Assembly: GCF_018350175.1 (NCBI RefSeq)
Contig: NC_058368.1
Location: 236,966,001-237,030,000 of the forward strand
Source of the DNA: Felis catus
Taxonomy: Eukaryota
DNA: 64,000 nucleotides
Direction: 5' to 3'
Shown: positions 48,826 to 61,843 of the stretch, one piece after another
How the letters are laid out: each line of letters starts with the position of its first letter
Position numbering within the stretch: position 1 is the stretch's first letter
Notes under the pieces: model-generated
Seen by the model: only the letters and a program-made list of their open reading frames with translations
What the model was told of the DNA's origin: nothing
Database searches by the model: none
Program-made: the position numbers and the translations under genes

Positions 48826-50439
48826 TGTGTCGCCCTTTTTTGAAGAGCTAAAAGTATCTATGGTCTTGTTTGGGATGCATAAGCATAGCAAAGGCAATTT
48901 CAAAAACACATTCCCAGATCTTCGCTCTGTTCCCTGGAAAATCCACGTTAACCACATCCTTACTTGTATCTGTTTTCCTGACCTCTTCCTTTCTTCCTCC
49001 AGATGGGCTACCATGAGGAAACACCTTCCTTCCGTCTGAGGAACGACCCTTCAGGGTGTTTTGCGGGCGTCCAGGAGACCCAGCTTTTCTCGAAGTTTCC
49101 ACTGATCTGAAAATGTCTTTATTCCACCCCAATTGTTGACGAATGGTCTCGCCTGCAGAATTCCTCCCCCGTGGCCACCTCCTAGTGACCCTTCCTGCCA
49201 CCAGGCTGACTGTGCCTCTGCTGGGGGCAGTCCCTGCCTCAAATCTGCGACCCAGGAGAGGCCCTAAGAGGCCCGTGGGAGGAAGAGGTGCCCCCGGGGC
49301 TCCTGCGGTCCGTGAAAGTGTCCCCAAGAGTGCACAGCAGCGTCAGTCATGGGGACCCTTCCCAAAGGGCACTTCCAGAAGCTCGTTGCGTTCTGTGGGC
49401 TATCACGGTGAAGTTCAAACCAGAGCCGATGCAGGGAGGGGACTTTGAGGGGCAGCTGCAGAGGGTCTGCAGGCCCGATGGGGTGGCAGCTCCCCCCCCA
49501 CCCCTGCACAGAGCCATGTCCTCTCCACCTCCTGCGGACCCAGTCCGTCTCTACCCCACACACCCCTTCTTCCTCTTCGCCCTTCTCTTCCCGTCTCGCT
49601 GGCCCTCTGTCCTTTCTATGTGGTTGTTTGTGTTCGATTAAATTTTGGTTTGCTGCAGAGGGACGCTAACTAGCCTACACTCGATGCGGGTAGGAACGTC
49701 CCGGCTCCGGAGCCCCGGGTCCCCCGGCCCCTTGCTGCCGTGTGAAACCACAGTCCACCCCTAACCTCCCAGGCCGGCTGTCGCCAGTCAGCACCCGTGC
49801 CCGGTGGCCAGCTCCAGACCTTCAGCATTTTCTACGCGTCCTTTCCTGGTATTTCACTGTCGGGGGGTCTGCGTCTCCCCCCCATGCATCACACTCTCCA
49901 TGGGGAGAGGAGGGCCGACTGTAGCTGCGTCTTCCCCCCGCGGGGACCCGAGGAGAAGGTAATAAAGCCCCTCCTTGTACTACAAAGAGATGGGTGTTTT
50001 AAAACTCCTCTGGTCCGCTTTCCATGGGACTTCTGGCTTCTGGGGGCCAAGATGCTGAGGAAGCCGTCTATACCATTCGATACAACCCCCGGTGTTGCTC
50101 TGAGACACTCGCGGCCTCCTGGCGTCCGAGGGGGGAGCAGACCTGAGCAGCGCGGCAGGCTCACAGCAGGCACCCTTCCCTGGGGTGGGCGCGGCTTCCA
50201 GAGAAAGCCCGAGACCCTGCTCACGGGTGTTGGGAGGTCCCGTGTGGGGAAGAGAGCCCCCAAGTCGTATCAGGAGAAGCCAAAGAAGATGGTGGTTTGT
50301 CCTCGTCCTGCCTTAGCAGCCGCACCCCCACAGAGCCCCCTCTCCTTCCCGCCCTCAGAGGAACTCCCCCATCCCCCCCACACACCGGCGTGCCCTTCTA
50401 GTACCTTCCAGTACCTGCACAGACGGCGTCCCAGGCTCT

Positions 50440-50600
50440 GGGTCTCGATCGGGCCTGTGCTGGAATCCCCCCGGGTGGCTTGTTAAATCACCCTGCTGAG
50501 CCCCAGCCCGGAGTCTCTCCTTCAGTGTGTCAGGTGGGCCCCCGGGAATTCTAGCAGGTTCCAGGCACCTGTGCTGCTGGTCTGGGAGCCCCGCTTGGCA
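50440..50600. mobile_element. MER5A-like hAT MITE
   Basis: GGAATCCCCCCGGGTGGCTTGTTAAATCAC..CTGAGCCCCAGCCCGGAGT..GGGCCCCGGGAATT..GCTGCTGGTCTGGG. Confidence 0.7.
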
Positions 50601-51194
50601 CCAGTGTTCCCCAAAGTCTCCCCAGTACCAGACGCAGAGTCTCTCCACAGCCCCCGATTCCCACACCGTCAGGGCGGTCCCCAAAAGCGCACCGACTTGT
50701 CCTACTCTCCTTCATCATTTCTGCCCCGCCCTCCCCAAATGGATACATTCCCCCCAATTCAATTGTCACCCTTGGGTCCCTCTTAACGGTTCCCTTTGGA
50801 GAAAGAAAATGTCTCTTCCACCTGCTCGTTTAGGAAATGTTTTCTGCCTTGTCTCAGGTCCCCCTAATTCCACTTTGAAAATATCGGTAGTTTTCATGAA
50901 TTCCAGTCGACGCGTAAGGATGACACCCAGAAGTCTAGCGCCTTTATGCCTACCTTGCCGTCTCTGCACGGTAGGCGCTATAGACACAAAGAAGCATTTT
51001 CATACCGTGTTATCCGTATTTCTGTTCAAGGACAGAACATCCTAGGAGCTCTCAAAATCCGAACCCCCGTGCAATAATCACGTCCGTAGCCACGATTGTG
51101 CTCGAGACTGATAGCATGGCTAAGTGTTTGACAAATTTCCACCCGTCTTCCAATAAGGCCCTACCCCATTTTCCAATAAAGCTGATGAAACCTG

Positions 51195-51195
<1 letters not shown>

Positions 51196-51231
<36 letters not shown>
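51196..51231. repeat. Poly(A) run
   Basis: About 36 consecutive A with no attached SINE or L1 body. Confidence 0.95.
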
Positions 51232-51232
<1 letters not shown>

Positions 51233-52708
51233 GTTGGAGGAATCAAAAGGCCCCCAGGCTAAGTGGAATCACATCTCATGAATTTCCACATTCAGCATCA
51301 TCTATATTGGAAATATTAAAAAATTCATATATAGTGAAATGATAGATACTTATGTCACTATTTTAAAAAGTTATGCCGATAGAGCTGTCCCTCGCTCCTC
51401 ACTAAAGATGTGCCTTCCGGAATATATGAAATGGCGTTATTGACCTGCGGGCCCTGCGAGGACGCGCTGTGCAGCCAGTGGTGATGGATCTGCCCTGAAC
51501 CGTCTACGCCCCCTCGTCTGATCAGCGGCCGTGGCTGCGCTCACACGGAATGCAATCAGGGGCGGCTAGGGCCGGGAGGGCCCCCCGAGGTGACAGAGGC
51601 TGTGAGCTGTGAAGTGATACAACCGGGGGTCAGAGCAGCAGATACTGAAGGCCAGGCCCTTACTCCCGGCCCGCGAAGCTACGACGTGTCCTTTATGAGC
51701 TGGCCGCGGGTTCAGCCCGCCTCCCACCGCCCCGGGGTGCGGCGAGCGGGAGATCTTGGGTCTGGAAGGTGCTTGAGCCCCTTCTGCAACAGCCTCACAA
51801 GCCCTCGCCTGACTTCGTCCTCGGTGCTCCCCGGAAAGAGAGGTCTCTAGCTCGCCAAGGGAGCCCATGACGTCACTGGCTGCCAGCCTGGCGGGGGGGG
51901 GGGCGGCTCTCAGCTCCTGGTGGCACCATTCACCGTCCTCCCTCTGCTGGGGTTCCCCACGTTCAGGATGACGCTCAGACACCCCACCCCTCCCTTTTCT
52001 GCTTCCCAAGCCCCAAGTGGTCCTTCTTCAGAGTCCCCTCCCACCTGACACGTACGTATTTTACTCTCCCCTGCCGCCCCAGCACCTAGACGGTAGGCTC
52101 TGTGAGGGCAGGTTCCATCCTTTCCCCGCAGGACGCCCAGGGCGGAATCTGCAGTCCCCCACCTGGCTGGACTTCCCGTCGCCTTGACACCTCAGCCCCC
52201 GCGGCCCAGACCACCCACCTCCGACCTCGCAATGCCTGCCTTCCTCTCATTCCGTTCTCTGATGAAATGTCACCTCCTCTGAGAGGGCCTCCCTGACCCT
52301 TCGTCTCTCTCTGTAATTATGAATGCTTAGGGTGGTTTATTATCAGTCGTCCATTAGCTCATAAGCTTGAAGAGAACAGGGGCCAAGTCCGAAAACAATA
52401 CACTCTTCGCTGTTGATGGGGCATTATGCAGGATCTGTCACAAGGTGGGATCGTGTTCAAAGCCAGTTGCCTGCTGAGTGAAGTAGACACAGAGGGGTGA
52501 ACACAGTGCTCAGAACTGCACAAGGGGAAGCAGTCTGGGGGTGCACGGGGTCATGGGGGAACTGACAGCCCTTCCCACCTTTAGGAGAGGATCATTCTTG
52601 GTGTGACAAAGAGGTCGATGTTAAACCCTCCCAGTAGATACCCAGGAGAAGGCCGGGTTCAGCTGACAATGATGACAAATTCTCTACTAGCTGAAAGAAG
52701 GATGGAAC

Positions 52709-53057
52709 TTTCTGGAAGGGAATAGGTCCGGGGTCACCCAACACCTCCTGCTCTCCAGCACCAGTCGCAGAGGGCTCCTACCGTAAGGACGGGGTCGAGG
52801 AGTCTGAGCTTCCTGTGCATGTCCCTTCCCTGCGTCTGTGCCTGTGGGGAGGCCACCTGCCTCCTCTGGGGCCTGTCACCTCTGGGGGAAGGGGGTTGAC
52901 CCGGCCGCACCTGTTTTCATCCTTGGGCCGCTTGCAGAATTTCTGGTCCTCGTGTGCATCCACAGGCTCCTCCCCATCGCTCCTCGCGGCGTAGAATTAA
53001 TGGCTTCACTCAATACACTTACGTATCTCCCAGGTTCTGTACGCTCTCGCTCTGAGC
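52709..53057 (+). repeat. Copy 2 of the ~340-bp dispersed direct duplication
   Basis: Aligns end to end with 33642-33980. Confidence 0.92.
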
Positions 53058-54514
53058 ACAAGTTTAAAATGAGTTGATAGAAAAGGAGTGGGGAGGGGCT
53101 CCGTCCTCGGTGGGACGGGTCTAGAGCATCTGTGTGGACTTCGGCTCATCCTCAGAAACACGGTGCCTGCTCCCCTCCCGTGTTTCCCTCTTTCAGTGGC
53201 TTCCTCTGCCAAGCAGAGTGTGGAAAGTGTCCACGTGCAGGACAGTGATCAGAACAGGTGTCACCCACTCATTGCACACGTAGTGAACTTCATCTACTCT
53301 TGAAAATGTTACACCGTAAGGGCGATGCACACGTCCTATCGTCCGCCTTTTGTTTGGGAAGCCGTGAGGCCTGAAATAAGTCACCTGTGTATCGGCATTC
53401 CTAGGCCATTCGGGAGTTCATATATAGGAATTTAACTGACGAGAAAATAGCCTGACCCTGGGGAAGAAAGACCCTGTATGCACCTCAGAAAACTACAGCG
53501 TCGCATCCGTTTCGTACAGGTGAGTAGACATTTCAACATTTAAAACCGAAACTGGTTTCAGTAGCAGTCTTCAGTGTTTGGGTTTGTTCTGTGTGGGAAT
53601 GAGGTCATGCTGGGGAGATCCATGTGGATTCTGGCCGGAACTGGAGCTGGGGTGAGGGGGTGAGGGCGAGAGTACAGTTTGGGCCTGGGGGGGCGGGTGG
53701 GGCTGGGCTGGCCTTGGGTGCCGGTCCCTCCACAGTCACGTGAAACACAGGACACCCCGTCTCCCAGCGGCTGCAGGGAGATCCCCAGGGGACAGAAGCC
53801 ACAAGTCCTCAGGCGGAGGGCACATCGTGTCGGCACCCGGGGTTCTGTCTGCAGGGGCGCTGCCATCCGCCGCCGTCGAGGTTTCTAGAGGGTGAAGGTG
53901 GGGTCCTGACGGGGCGCCCTGCAGTGGACCCTCCGTGTCCTCAACCCCGGCTGAGCGAGCCCAGCAGGTGACCCGGGGGAGAGCCCGTCGCACAGGTCGC
54001 CCTCCCCCAGGCCCCCGGTGAACAAGGCACTACTCAGCAGGGACCCGCTGTGGGGCTCGGGGGAGGCGCTTCAGTCTGCTGACATGGGTGTGGGGCACAC
54101 ACGGCAGGTGAGTGGCCGCCCTCCGTCCCCCAAAATGAAGACACCCCCTTTCCTCATGGGGAGCAGGCTGCATGGTGGCTCCCCGAGACGATACGTCTCC
54201 CAGAAACTGAGCATCATGGCATTCGAGAGAAGTCTTTGCGGCTCTGGTTAAGGATCTTGAGATGAGGCATCCTGAACTAGGGTGGCCCAGTGACAGGACG
54301 GGAGCCGGCGCTCGGGGATCCGCCAGCTGGGGCGGCCGTGGTAAACACAGCGACCCAGGGCAGCTATTTAATGTCAGCTCCGGAGGCCGACCGAGATCCA
54401 GGCGCTGGAGGATTGGGCTCCTGGCGAGGCCCCAGCAGGTGGCTTAGCTACGGCCCCCTCCGACCTGTGTCCCCTGCAGGTGCAGAGAGAGTGGGGAGCC
54501 AGGGAGGGACGCGG

Positions 54515-54680
54515 GGCTCCTTCTCTGCTCATAGGATATGAGTCCTGTTGGGTTAAGACCCCACCCTCATAACCCCATTTGACCTGAGCTGTCTCTGGAG
54601 GACCCCACCTCAAATGCTGACCAGTGAGGGGTACAGGGTCAGCCCGAGTGCAGAGGGTACGGGATTCAGTCCACGCCAGC
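54515..54680 (-). mobile_element. MLT1A/B LTR fragment
   Basis: CCCCACCCTCATAACCCCATTTGACCT..CCCCACCTCAAATG..ATTCAGTCCAC. Confidence 0.65.
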
Positions 54681-57014
54681 GCAGGTGGGAGGCGAGGTGG
54701 GGGAAGAGGCAGCTGAGGGGCAGAGGTCCGGATGAAGGCATGGGCCTGGGGTGCTTGGGACCTCTGTGGGGTGGGGGTGGGTGTCCCCTGGAGCCTCTGG
54801 GGGGTCCGACAGTACATGGGCTCCTGTTCGAGAGCCCCCAGGCTGAGAGGGTGTGTTAGGGAAGCTGCGGGGAACTGAGGCAGCAGCGACCTGCAAATGT
54901 GTGCCCTCGAGGCCGACCGCCTGTAACAGGACAGGGGGGACAGACGTGTTTGCGGTTTAGAAAGGGGTGATCCTCAGGTGTCAGAACGCCGCTGGGGCTC
55001 TGTCATCACATCTGCCCGGATTAACAGGTGCCGGTGCAGGGAGGCCGTGGTCGGTGCCCCCCAAGCAGAAGCAGGTCGGGTCCGGGTCCTCCCCAGGGTG
55101 GGCCTGGCTCTGGGGGTCTCCTGCAGGGAGATCCCCCACTGGCACATGAACAGAGTCCCCACAGAGGTCAAGAAGGCAGCTGGCTCCCCAAAGCCACAAC
55201 CACCGGGAGGTCCCCGCCCAGAGCCTCTGAGGTCCCTGCTCCATCCAGGTCAGAGTCCGCGGATTCGGATAAGGCGGGTGAGCAGAGTGCGTGCCGACCC
55301 CAGGTGGCCCAGCCCCGGGTTCCCTGCAGCCCTGGGCCACCCCCACCCACCACACGGCCACCAGCCTCTCCCTGCCCTGCCTCCCCTCTGCCAGCGGCCT
55401 CGTGGAGCAGGTGCTGAGCAGGGGCCGGGACCCCCTGACCTGCCCGGGTTCCCGGGTGGCTGGTGGAGGGGACACCCGGTCCGTCCCTGTCATTTTCGGG
55501 CTGAGGGCAGCTCTCTGTCGGGGAGCCCCAGGAGCCCGCCCCAGAGTGGCTGCCTCTGTGGGGGCTTCCGGGCTGTAATCCTGAGGATAATTAAGCAAAC
55601 GACAAACAACAAACCTCTCAGCGCATTGTTTCCACAAGGCGTTTACTAAGTGCTTAACTGTACTTGGCCTTCTTCTCTAGATGCAGAAAAATTATTCCTG
55701 CCCTTTGGTCACAGGTACTTTTTTCCCCTCAACATTTGATGTCAGTTCTGGACCCTCTGCAAAAGAGAAATGCATTTGCACACCAGATTTGGCCTAAAAT
55801 ATCAGGGAGTCTTTGAAACCTCGAAAGCGGATCCAAGTATCTGTACTTGGGGGCATCCGATGTGATCAGAACATGTCACTGCAGAAGTCCTGATGTCAGG
55901 ATGTCCCTATCCCAGCAGCATCTCAGGCTTTGCTGAGATACTTCTGTAGCCAAAAATGGAGCCCCTTCAGGTCATGTCTGAAGCACGGAGAGCCCCGTAG
56001 CTGAGCCGGGGAGAGAAGGAGCCAATGGTCTGGATTTCCGAGTTGACGCAGGTGGAGGGAACAGTTTAAGAAGATCTAGGGAAAAGAACTGTCCAGAAGA
56101 CTTGGAGTCATAGTAGGTGAGCTGGCAGTAAGGAGAGGTAGAGGGGAAGTGAGGCAGCGTGGGGAGGCCCTGGGGAGGCCTCTGAGTCTCAGTGTAAAGT
56201 CATGGAGGTTGTCCCCGGGGAAAGGAAAGACCTGGAAATCATGGAGATGGTTCCGGGACCACAACCCTGCAGCTTGCAATGTGTGCACGAGAGGTGGGAT
56301 GGGTGGTAGAGAGTGAGACGCCGTGGGCACGCTGCAGAAAGGAAAGTCGGTGGCTTGGGTGAGGACAGTCCCCCCAGAAGAACCTTGTGGCCACTTCATA
56401 GGCAAGGGCGACATCATTTCTCCACTAGCTGTTTCATGGAGTGGCAGTGAGGGTGCCAGGAAGAAGCCTCGACCGTGTTCCCAGAGGTAGGTGTGTCTTC
56501 AGCGGGGGAGCACCTCACCCACAAGGTAGAGCCAGCAGGGGATGAATGGGGGGGTGGGGGTGACTCTGGGAACCCTTCTTCCGCCACAGGGCACATGCAC
56601 AACCACAAAAGGGTGCTGGGCTGCTAGCTGCCAGCCTTCGCGATATTTGCAGGTTATCATCTGTGTGGGGGTTCCATGACGTGGACGGGTCAGATTCTAC
56701 AGGTGAAGGATTGGGAGGTCACCCAAACCGCAGGGACCAGACCAGTCCTGGAAAAAGAGCTTTGCAAACTGCCTCTGGAAGTGGCTCCAGCCTTGACAAC
56801 AAGGCAAGATGAACCCAAGGGAGTTAACGTCCCGACGTCTATAGCCTTGTTTTTATACCCAGAACGACTGTCCCAAGAAGAGAGAGCAAACATGGACGGA
56901 GAGGGTGGGGAAACAGGGTAGGTGGTGCTGGGGATGTGGGGATTCTCTGTCCTCTGTAACTTTCAAATTATTCCACCATAGATGTTTGCTAAGAACAGAG
57001 GGTAGAGGGGGCTG

Positions 57015-57166
57015 GGGTTGAACATCTGACTCTTGGTTTCAGCTCAGGTCGTGATCCCAGGGTCCTGGGATGGAGTCCCACGTTGGGCTCTGCACTGAGT
57101 ATGGAGCCTGCTTGGGATTCTCTCTCTCTATCTCTCTGTCTCTCTCTTTCTCCTAAAAAAAGAAAA
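57015..57166 (+). mobile_element. Can-SINE, 5'-degraded
   Basis: CATCTGACTCTTGGTTTCAGCTCAGGTCGTGATC..GGAGCCTGCTTGGGATTCTCTCTC..A tail. Confidence 0.88.
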
Positions 57167-58399
57167 CTGAGGGTACAGAGGGAACAAAAGTGAAGTGTCA
57201 GCTAGAGCCTCGCTGTGCGTGCTAAGTTCAGTCCCCCTTACCAGTCAGTGCTGCCTCCCTGAAGCCCTCCTCTCCTGAAAACAAGATCTGCATCTCCCAA
57301 ACCCCCTCCTCCCGGGCAGACCTGGGCCAGAGACTGATGGGCATGGGGGGGGGCAGGGAGCACAAAGGGCCGGCCTCCCTACTTCTCGCGCCCTCACTTG
57401 GGGTGCAAGTGTGCCTCAGGGCTCCCTGTGAGATCAGTCGTGTTTGGCTCTCTCCCCCACCCCACTGCCCCTCCCTTCTCTTGTGGGAGCACTCCCAGGA
57501 TAGATGGCACACAAGGATCCCGCACCTCAGCCTGGGCTTGTAGGGGCTCCGCTGAGGCGTCTGCAGTCCGCGTCTTCTAGACTTCTGACGTCCGGAGACC
57601 CAGTGTGGACACCACTCCTTCCTGCTGCGAGTGGGGTCCAGGGCTGTCTCCCTCTGCCACTCAGCACGGAGGAGCTGGAGGGAGGGCTCTCTTGGTGCTG
57701 CCGCTGGTGGGAAGTCAGCACTGAGTCTAGGACCTTCCCGTGGGCCAGAGGGATTTGACTTTTGGTCTCGGACCTCTTTGCTTTTTTCGCATAAGTGGGC
57801 TTTCGGCTTCACAGCCCTGAAATGTGAAGTTATGTTGAGGCGTTCTCACTAGTCCAGTCAGTGAGCTGTCTCCAAGTAAAGCCACAGCCCCGAACCCTGA
57901 CAATGAGCGTCCTGAAGTCATAGGAATGCGGCCATTAGCTTTTTGTCATCTGGCCTATTTCCTGCCAATACAGAGGGTGCTCTTAAGAACGTGTTCTCCT
58001 GACTTGTGTCCAACTCCGTTCCGAAGGCTTCCTTTAGGGATTGTTCTGTGGGTGAATGGGCCTCACATTAGGCTAGTTCTTTTCCTTCCCCCCTCACAAC
58101 AGCCCGGATCACCCAAGACAATTTCTCATCAATTCTCCACGTTCTGTCTTGTGCAATCACTTTTTCTTCTTGATTTTAACTTGACTGGCACAATTAAGTT
58201 GCCCCTGAAAAGACTGAGGTGCCCACACATACAGTACCTAATGTGTTTTTGTTCGGCACAAATCTTTGGCAGAGTTTGTAAGCAGGAGACCTGTGCCCAC
58301 ACACACATCCAGTTCCAGATCCCATCACAGCCATCCCTAGAGACCTAGGGACCCGAGAATGCTAGGTCTCAAACCCATCCAGACCCCAGCCCCATGGGG

Positions 58400-58760
58400 T
58401 TCCTGCATCCTGACCTGGGATTGGTTACACAGCCGCCTCCCCACCCCCACCAACGTGATGCTCATTTTGGTGGATTTTCTCTCTGTGGATATGTGCAGTG
58501 TTGGAGGAAAGAGCCCACGGGACAGATGTGTCCCTGGATGTAAACCTTGGGCGCAGCCCCGCCCATACTCTGCATTGGGCCTCAGGATCACTAGTAGAGA
58601 GTGGGAGAACCTCGCAGATGGAGGTCCCTGGCTCAGGTGGCAGCTGTGGGGCTTTCTCCTGGGCCCTCCCTACCCTTTTCTGAACCTCTCGCATCATCAG
58701 CCTTCCAGTAAATTCCCATTTGTGTAAGTGAGTTTCATTTCTTGCAGTGGAGGACTCCCT
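58400..58760 (+). mobile_element. Ancient ERVL/MaLR LTR relic
   Basis: 3' end CCAGTAAATTCCCATTTGTGTAAGTGAGTTTCATTTCTTGCAG resembles old MLT1/LTR16-type termini. Confidence 0.45.
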
Positions 58761-61170
58761 GCTTTCCCAGAAGACCATTCTGTCTGTGGGCCCCAGGGTC
58801 ACCCACCCCTAGCTTGTCCTTCAGTGGTACCCAAGCCAGGTCCTGGGATGGCCTGGGTGAACAGCAGCAACCCCATTTTCCAGATTCTGAAGATTCTCTA
58901 GACAGGGAGTCTACTCATGGCACCTGTGGGTGGAGCCCCCATGCTGGACACAGCGGCCAACGGTCCCCACTTGAAAGAACGTTTGCTGAGCCCAGACTAC
59001 ACCACCAAGTCTCTCTAGACCAATTTGGAGGGAGACCAGTAGGCCCGTGTGTGCCCTGTTGGCATGGGGGGTGCTGGCAGGCACTGGGGTGGGCGCCTGC
59101 TCACACTGGGGGTGCTAGGCACTACCTGAAGACACCAGGTGGGGCGTGGGGAGGGGGGCAGGCAGAGCTCACCCAGAGCCAGGAGCAGGCGAGTGTCAAC
59201 CGTGAGCCCCTTGAGTCATCTGGGAGCCTGGAGGGCAGGGGGTGCAGTCGGAAGGGGAGAAGGGCCTCACCCAAGAGCCCCCCACTCTCAGTGGGAGCCT
59301 AACGAAGCTAGAGATGCTGTCCTTCCGTTGACGTTCAGCATCACCACACGGTAGTGTGTACCCGGACCCCTGTTCCTCTTTCTCCTGGTGTCTCCCATTC
59401 CTGACTTGCCGGGCACGTTGCTGCGGCCCACGTAGCCAGGGATGAGCTAAAGGGCCAGAGGCCCCAGGGGGGGACAGCAGTTGATGGATATCTTCTGTGC
59501 ATGGACGGGAGGGGCTGTAATGCTGCTTGGAGGAGAGTGTGGACGCCGGGACGCTAATGATGCATATTTGTACGCTTACTTTTCCTTGTGTGTCTGTTCA
59601 GTGGGTCGTGGGTCTTAGCTCTTAAAATCGGGGACACCGGGCATCAGAGTAGAACGTCCTGAGCACAAAGGCTATGCTTGCTCCTCTCCTCTTGGTCCGA
59701 CCACTGGATGAGTCAGGTTTGAATGCACCCCTAAGAGGGCTGACTGGTGCGTACTTCAGCCCCCATGGGTCACGGCAGCTGAGCTGAGCGCTAACCTCTT
59801 CGCCCTGAGGTGAGAAAAGGTGAAGGCCGCCTCCTCCCTGGGCCACCCTTCAGACTCCCTGCTTCTCTGTCCAACCCAGGGCTGCGGCTTCCGCCACGAA
59901 TACGGCCGTGCTGAGTACTCCCTCTCCTGGGACCAAAATTCCCTTCGCCCCATTCATGCGGCCTTCCCAGCCTGACCCTCGGGGATGAGGGCCACAGCTT
60001 CCAGGGGGACAGGCTTGAGAGCGGCCAGGAGGCTCTCAGGCCCTGTCTGGGTGGCCCAGGTACACCTGCCGGTGAGAAGTCCCAGTTATTTCCACACCAT
60101 GAGGCCCTGTGAGTTCCGGACAAGAGCTTTATTCCACCGGGACACAAATATTGACTTTGATTCATAGACTTCACGTCATAATAGTAATAATAATAATAAT
60201 ATATTGCCCCTACATTATTATTATTATTATCATCATCATCATTTTGGTTGGAGACTGTGAAACTTTTGGCTCTGAGAAAACCCATCATGAGTCAGGTCTC
60301 TGGTATTGAGCACAGAACTCCTAAAGCTCAGACACACAGACACTTAATTTAATGGAAGAGACTCAGTTTACCTGTGCAAATAGTGATGAGACAGAGGCTG
60401 CAGGGGGAGCAGAAATGCACACTCAGACGTCCCAACCCAGGCCCGGGTTTCCTGTCCTAGGGTCCCGGGCAGAACGGGCCGGGCGTCAGGATATGTGCGG
60501 GGAAAGGGATTTCTCTGTGTGGGCATTTGGGACAGCAGACGGGTTGGTTCTGAGGGCGGTATTTCAACACGATGGAACTTGAGGCCGGTGGTCTCAAGAA
60601 AGCCAGAATCCCGCCCCTCCTCTGAGGTAGCCCAGGCGCACACACCCATAAACCTGGAGGCCAGCAGGGACACGGACGGCTGTGAGCTTTGGGGTCAGTC
60701 CCATGCGTCCTCTGTTTGGGGCATGGCCTCCACCTGAAGCTGGTGTCCGTCCTGATCCCGGGAGCGGGCGCCTCCCTGAGAATTCACGCAATCCTGTCTC
60801 AGCACAGAGTGCAGCCTGGAGGGCGGAGGCTTCCAGGCCTCTCTGGCTGGCACTCGAAGCCCCGGGCTGTGTTTCCAGGGTGGGGTGCTGAGCCCCCGGG
60901 GCCTGGCACAGCCCCCTGCTTCCAGTCGTCACCCGCTCACTCGCGTCCAGGTGTTCCTGGGTCCGGATGCCGAACCCAGCTGGGAGCCCAGCTGAGGGCA
61001 CAGGTGCAGCAGCCCGGTGCTGCTCCCAGCTCGGTCCGCGGGCTCCCTGGCAGTGAGGCCTGGGCTGCGGGCTCAGCGAGGCCCCACAGCAGGGCTCCCC
61101 CGCGGACTCTGCCAAAGCAGAGAGCCTCGCGCAAAGGAAGGAGAGGACTCGGTCAGGTGTGTAAGGGTGG

Positions 61171-61267
61171 GACAGGGTGCCCTCCCCCGGGTGAGATGGG
61201 GTGCCCTCCGCCAGGTAACACTGGGGCACTGTCACCCACACGAGACAGGGGTGCCCTCCCCAGGTGA
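61171..61267. repeat. Degenerate 24-25-bp minisatellite (4 units)
   Basis: GACAGGGTGCCCTCCCCCGGGTGA / GATGGGGTGCCCTCCGCCAGGTAA / degenerate unit / GACAGGGGTGCCCTCCCCAGGTGA. Confidence 0.8.
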
Positions 61268-61843
61268 GACTCGGGCTACAGGTCACATGTGCAGCATGTT
61301 CTATGACGCAGGTCTGGATGAATGACTCTCTGGTGTTCGGATGCAGGGGCCGGGACCCCCAGCTCCCCACTGTCTAAACTCCCGCTGTGTCATTGGGCCA
61401 GGCTCCTGCACACCTGTGTGGTTCCACGTGGCCTGCAGCACCCACTGCCCCCCGACTTCTCAATTCTCCGGTTTTCCTGTCACGGAGGTCGTTCGAGAAG
61501 CTTCTGTCGCTTCTGCGTGGCACCGCCCCTTCCCGGGGACGCCGTTCGTGATCAGGCGGCCCCATCGAGGAGACGGGAGGAGACTCCACACCCACCCACA
61601 CCTTGTCACCGTCAGCACGTCCACGAACAAGTGCGCCCAGCCAGTTCGGGGCTGTGCAGGTAAATTCTGGAGAGGACTCCTGTCCCCAAAGGTCTGGGGG
61701 CTCGCCCAAAGTTCCAGTCTCTTAAAGTTACTTCTCAGGAACTTCTTTCAGGGTCTCGGTGAGAAGGCAAGCCTGCCCCCCGAACAGCCAGGCCTCCCCG
61801 CCAGGTCGTGCAATGAGCTACCAGCCAGGGGTCTGGGGAGAGG

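Noticed and set aside
33680..53077. Similar peptides EFLVLVC(V/I)HRL..PRGVE..YLP.SV.SRSE in both duplicate copies as a paralogous gene pair
   Set aside because: The similarity follows from DNA identity; upstream indels shift the frames, substitutions show no obvious synonymous bias, and no shared splice sites were seen
53771..55136. Exact 16-mer CTGCAGGGAGATCCCC at 53771 and 55121
   Set aside because: No homology extends beyond it; compatible with chance in GC-rich sequence
138..57166. tRNA-like A/B-box sequences as tRNA genes
   Set aside because: All are heads of tRNA-derived Can-SINEs followed by (CT)n and A tails
61171..61267. CRISPR-like repeat-spacer pattern
   Set aside because: Units are tandem and degenerate with no unique spacers, no cas genes are present, and the context is mammalian
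60594..61370. 258-aa minus-strand ORF and overlapping ORFs
   Set aside because: GC-rich background that includes the minisatellite; no recognisable homology
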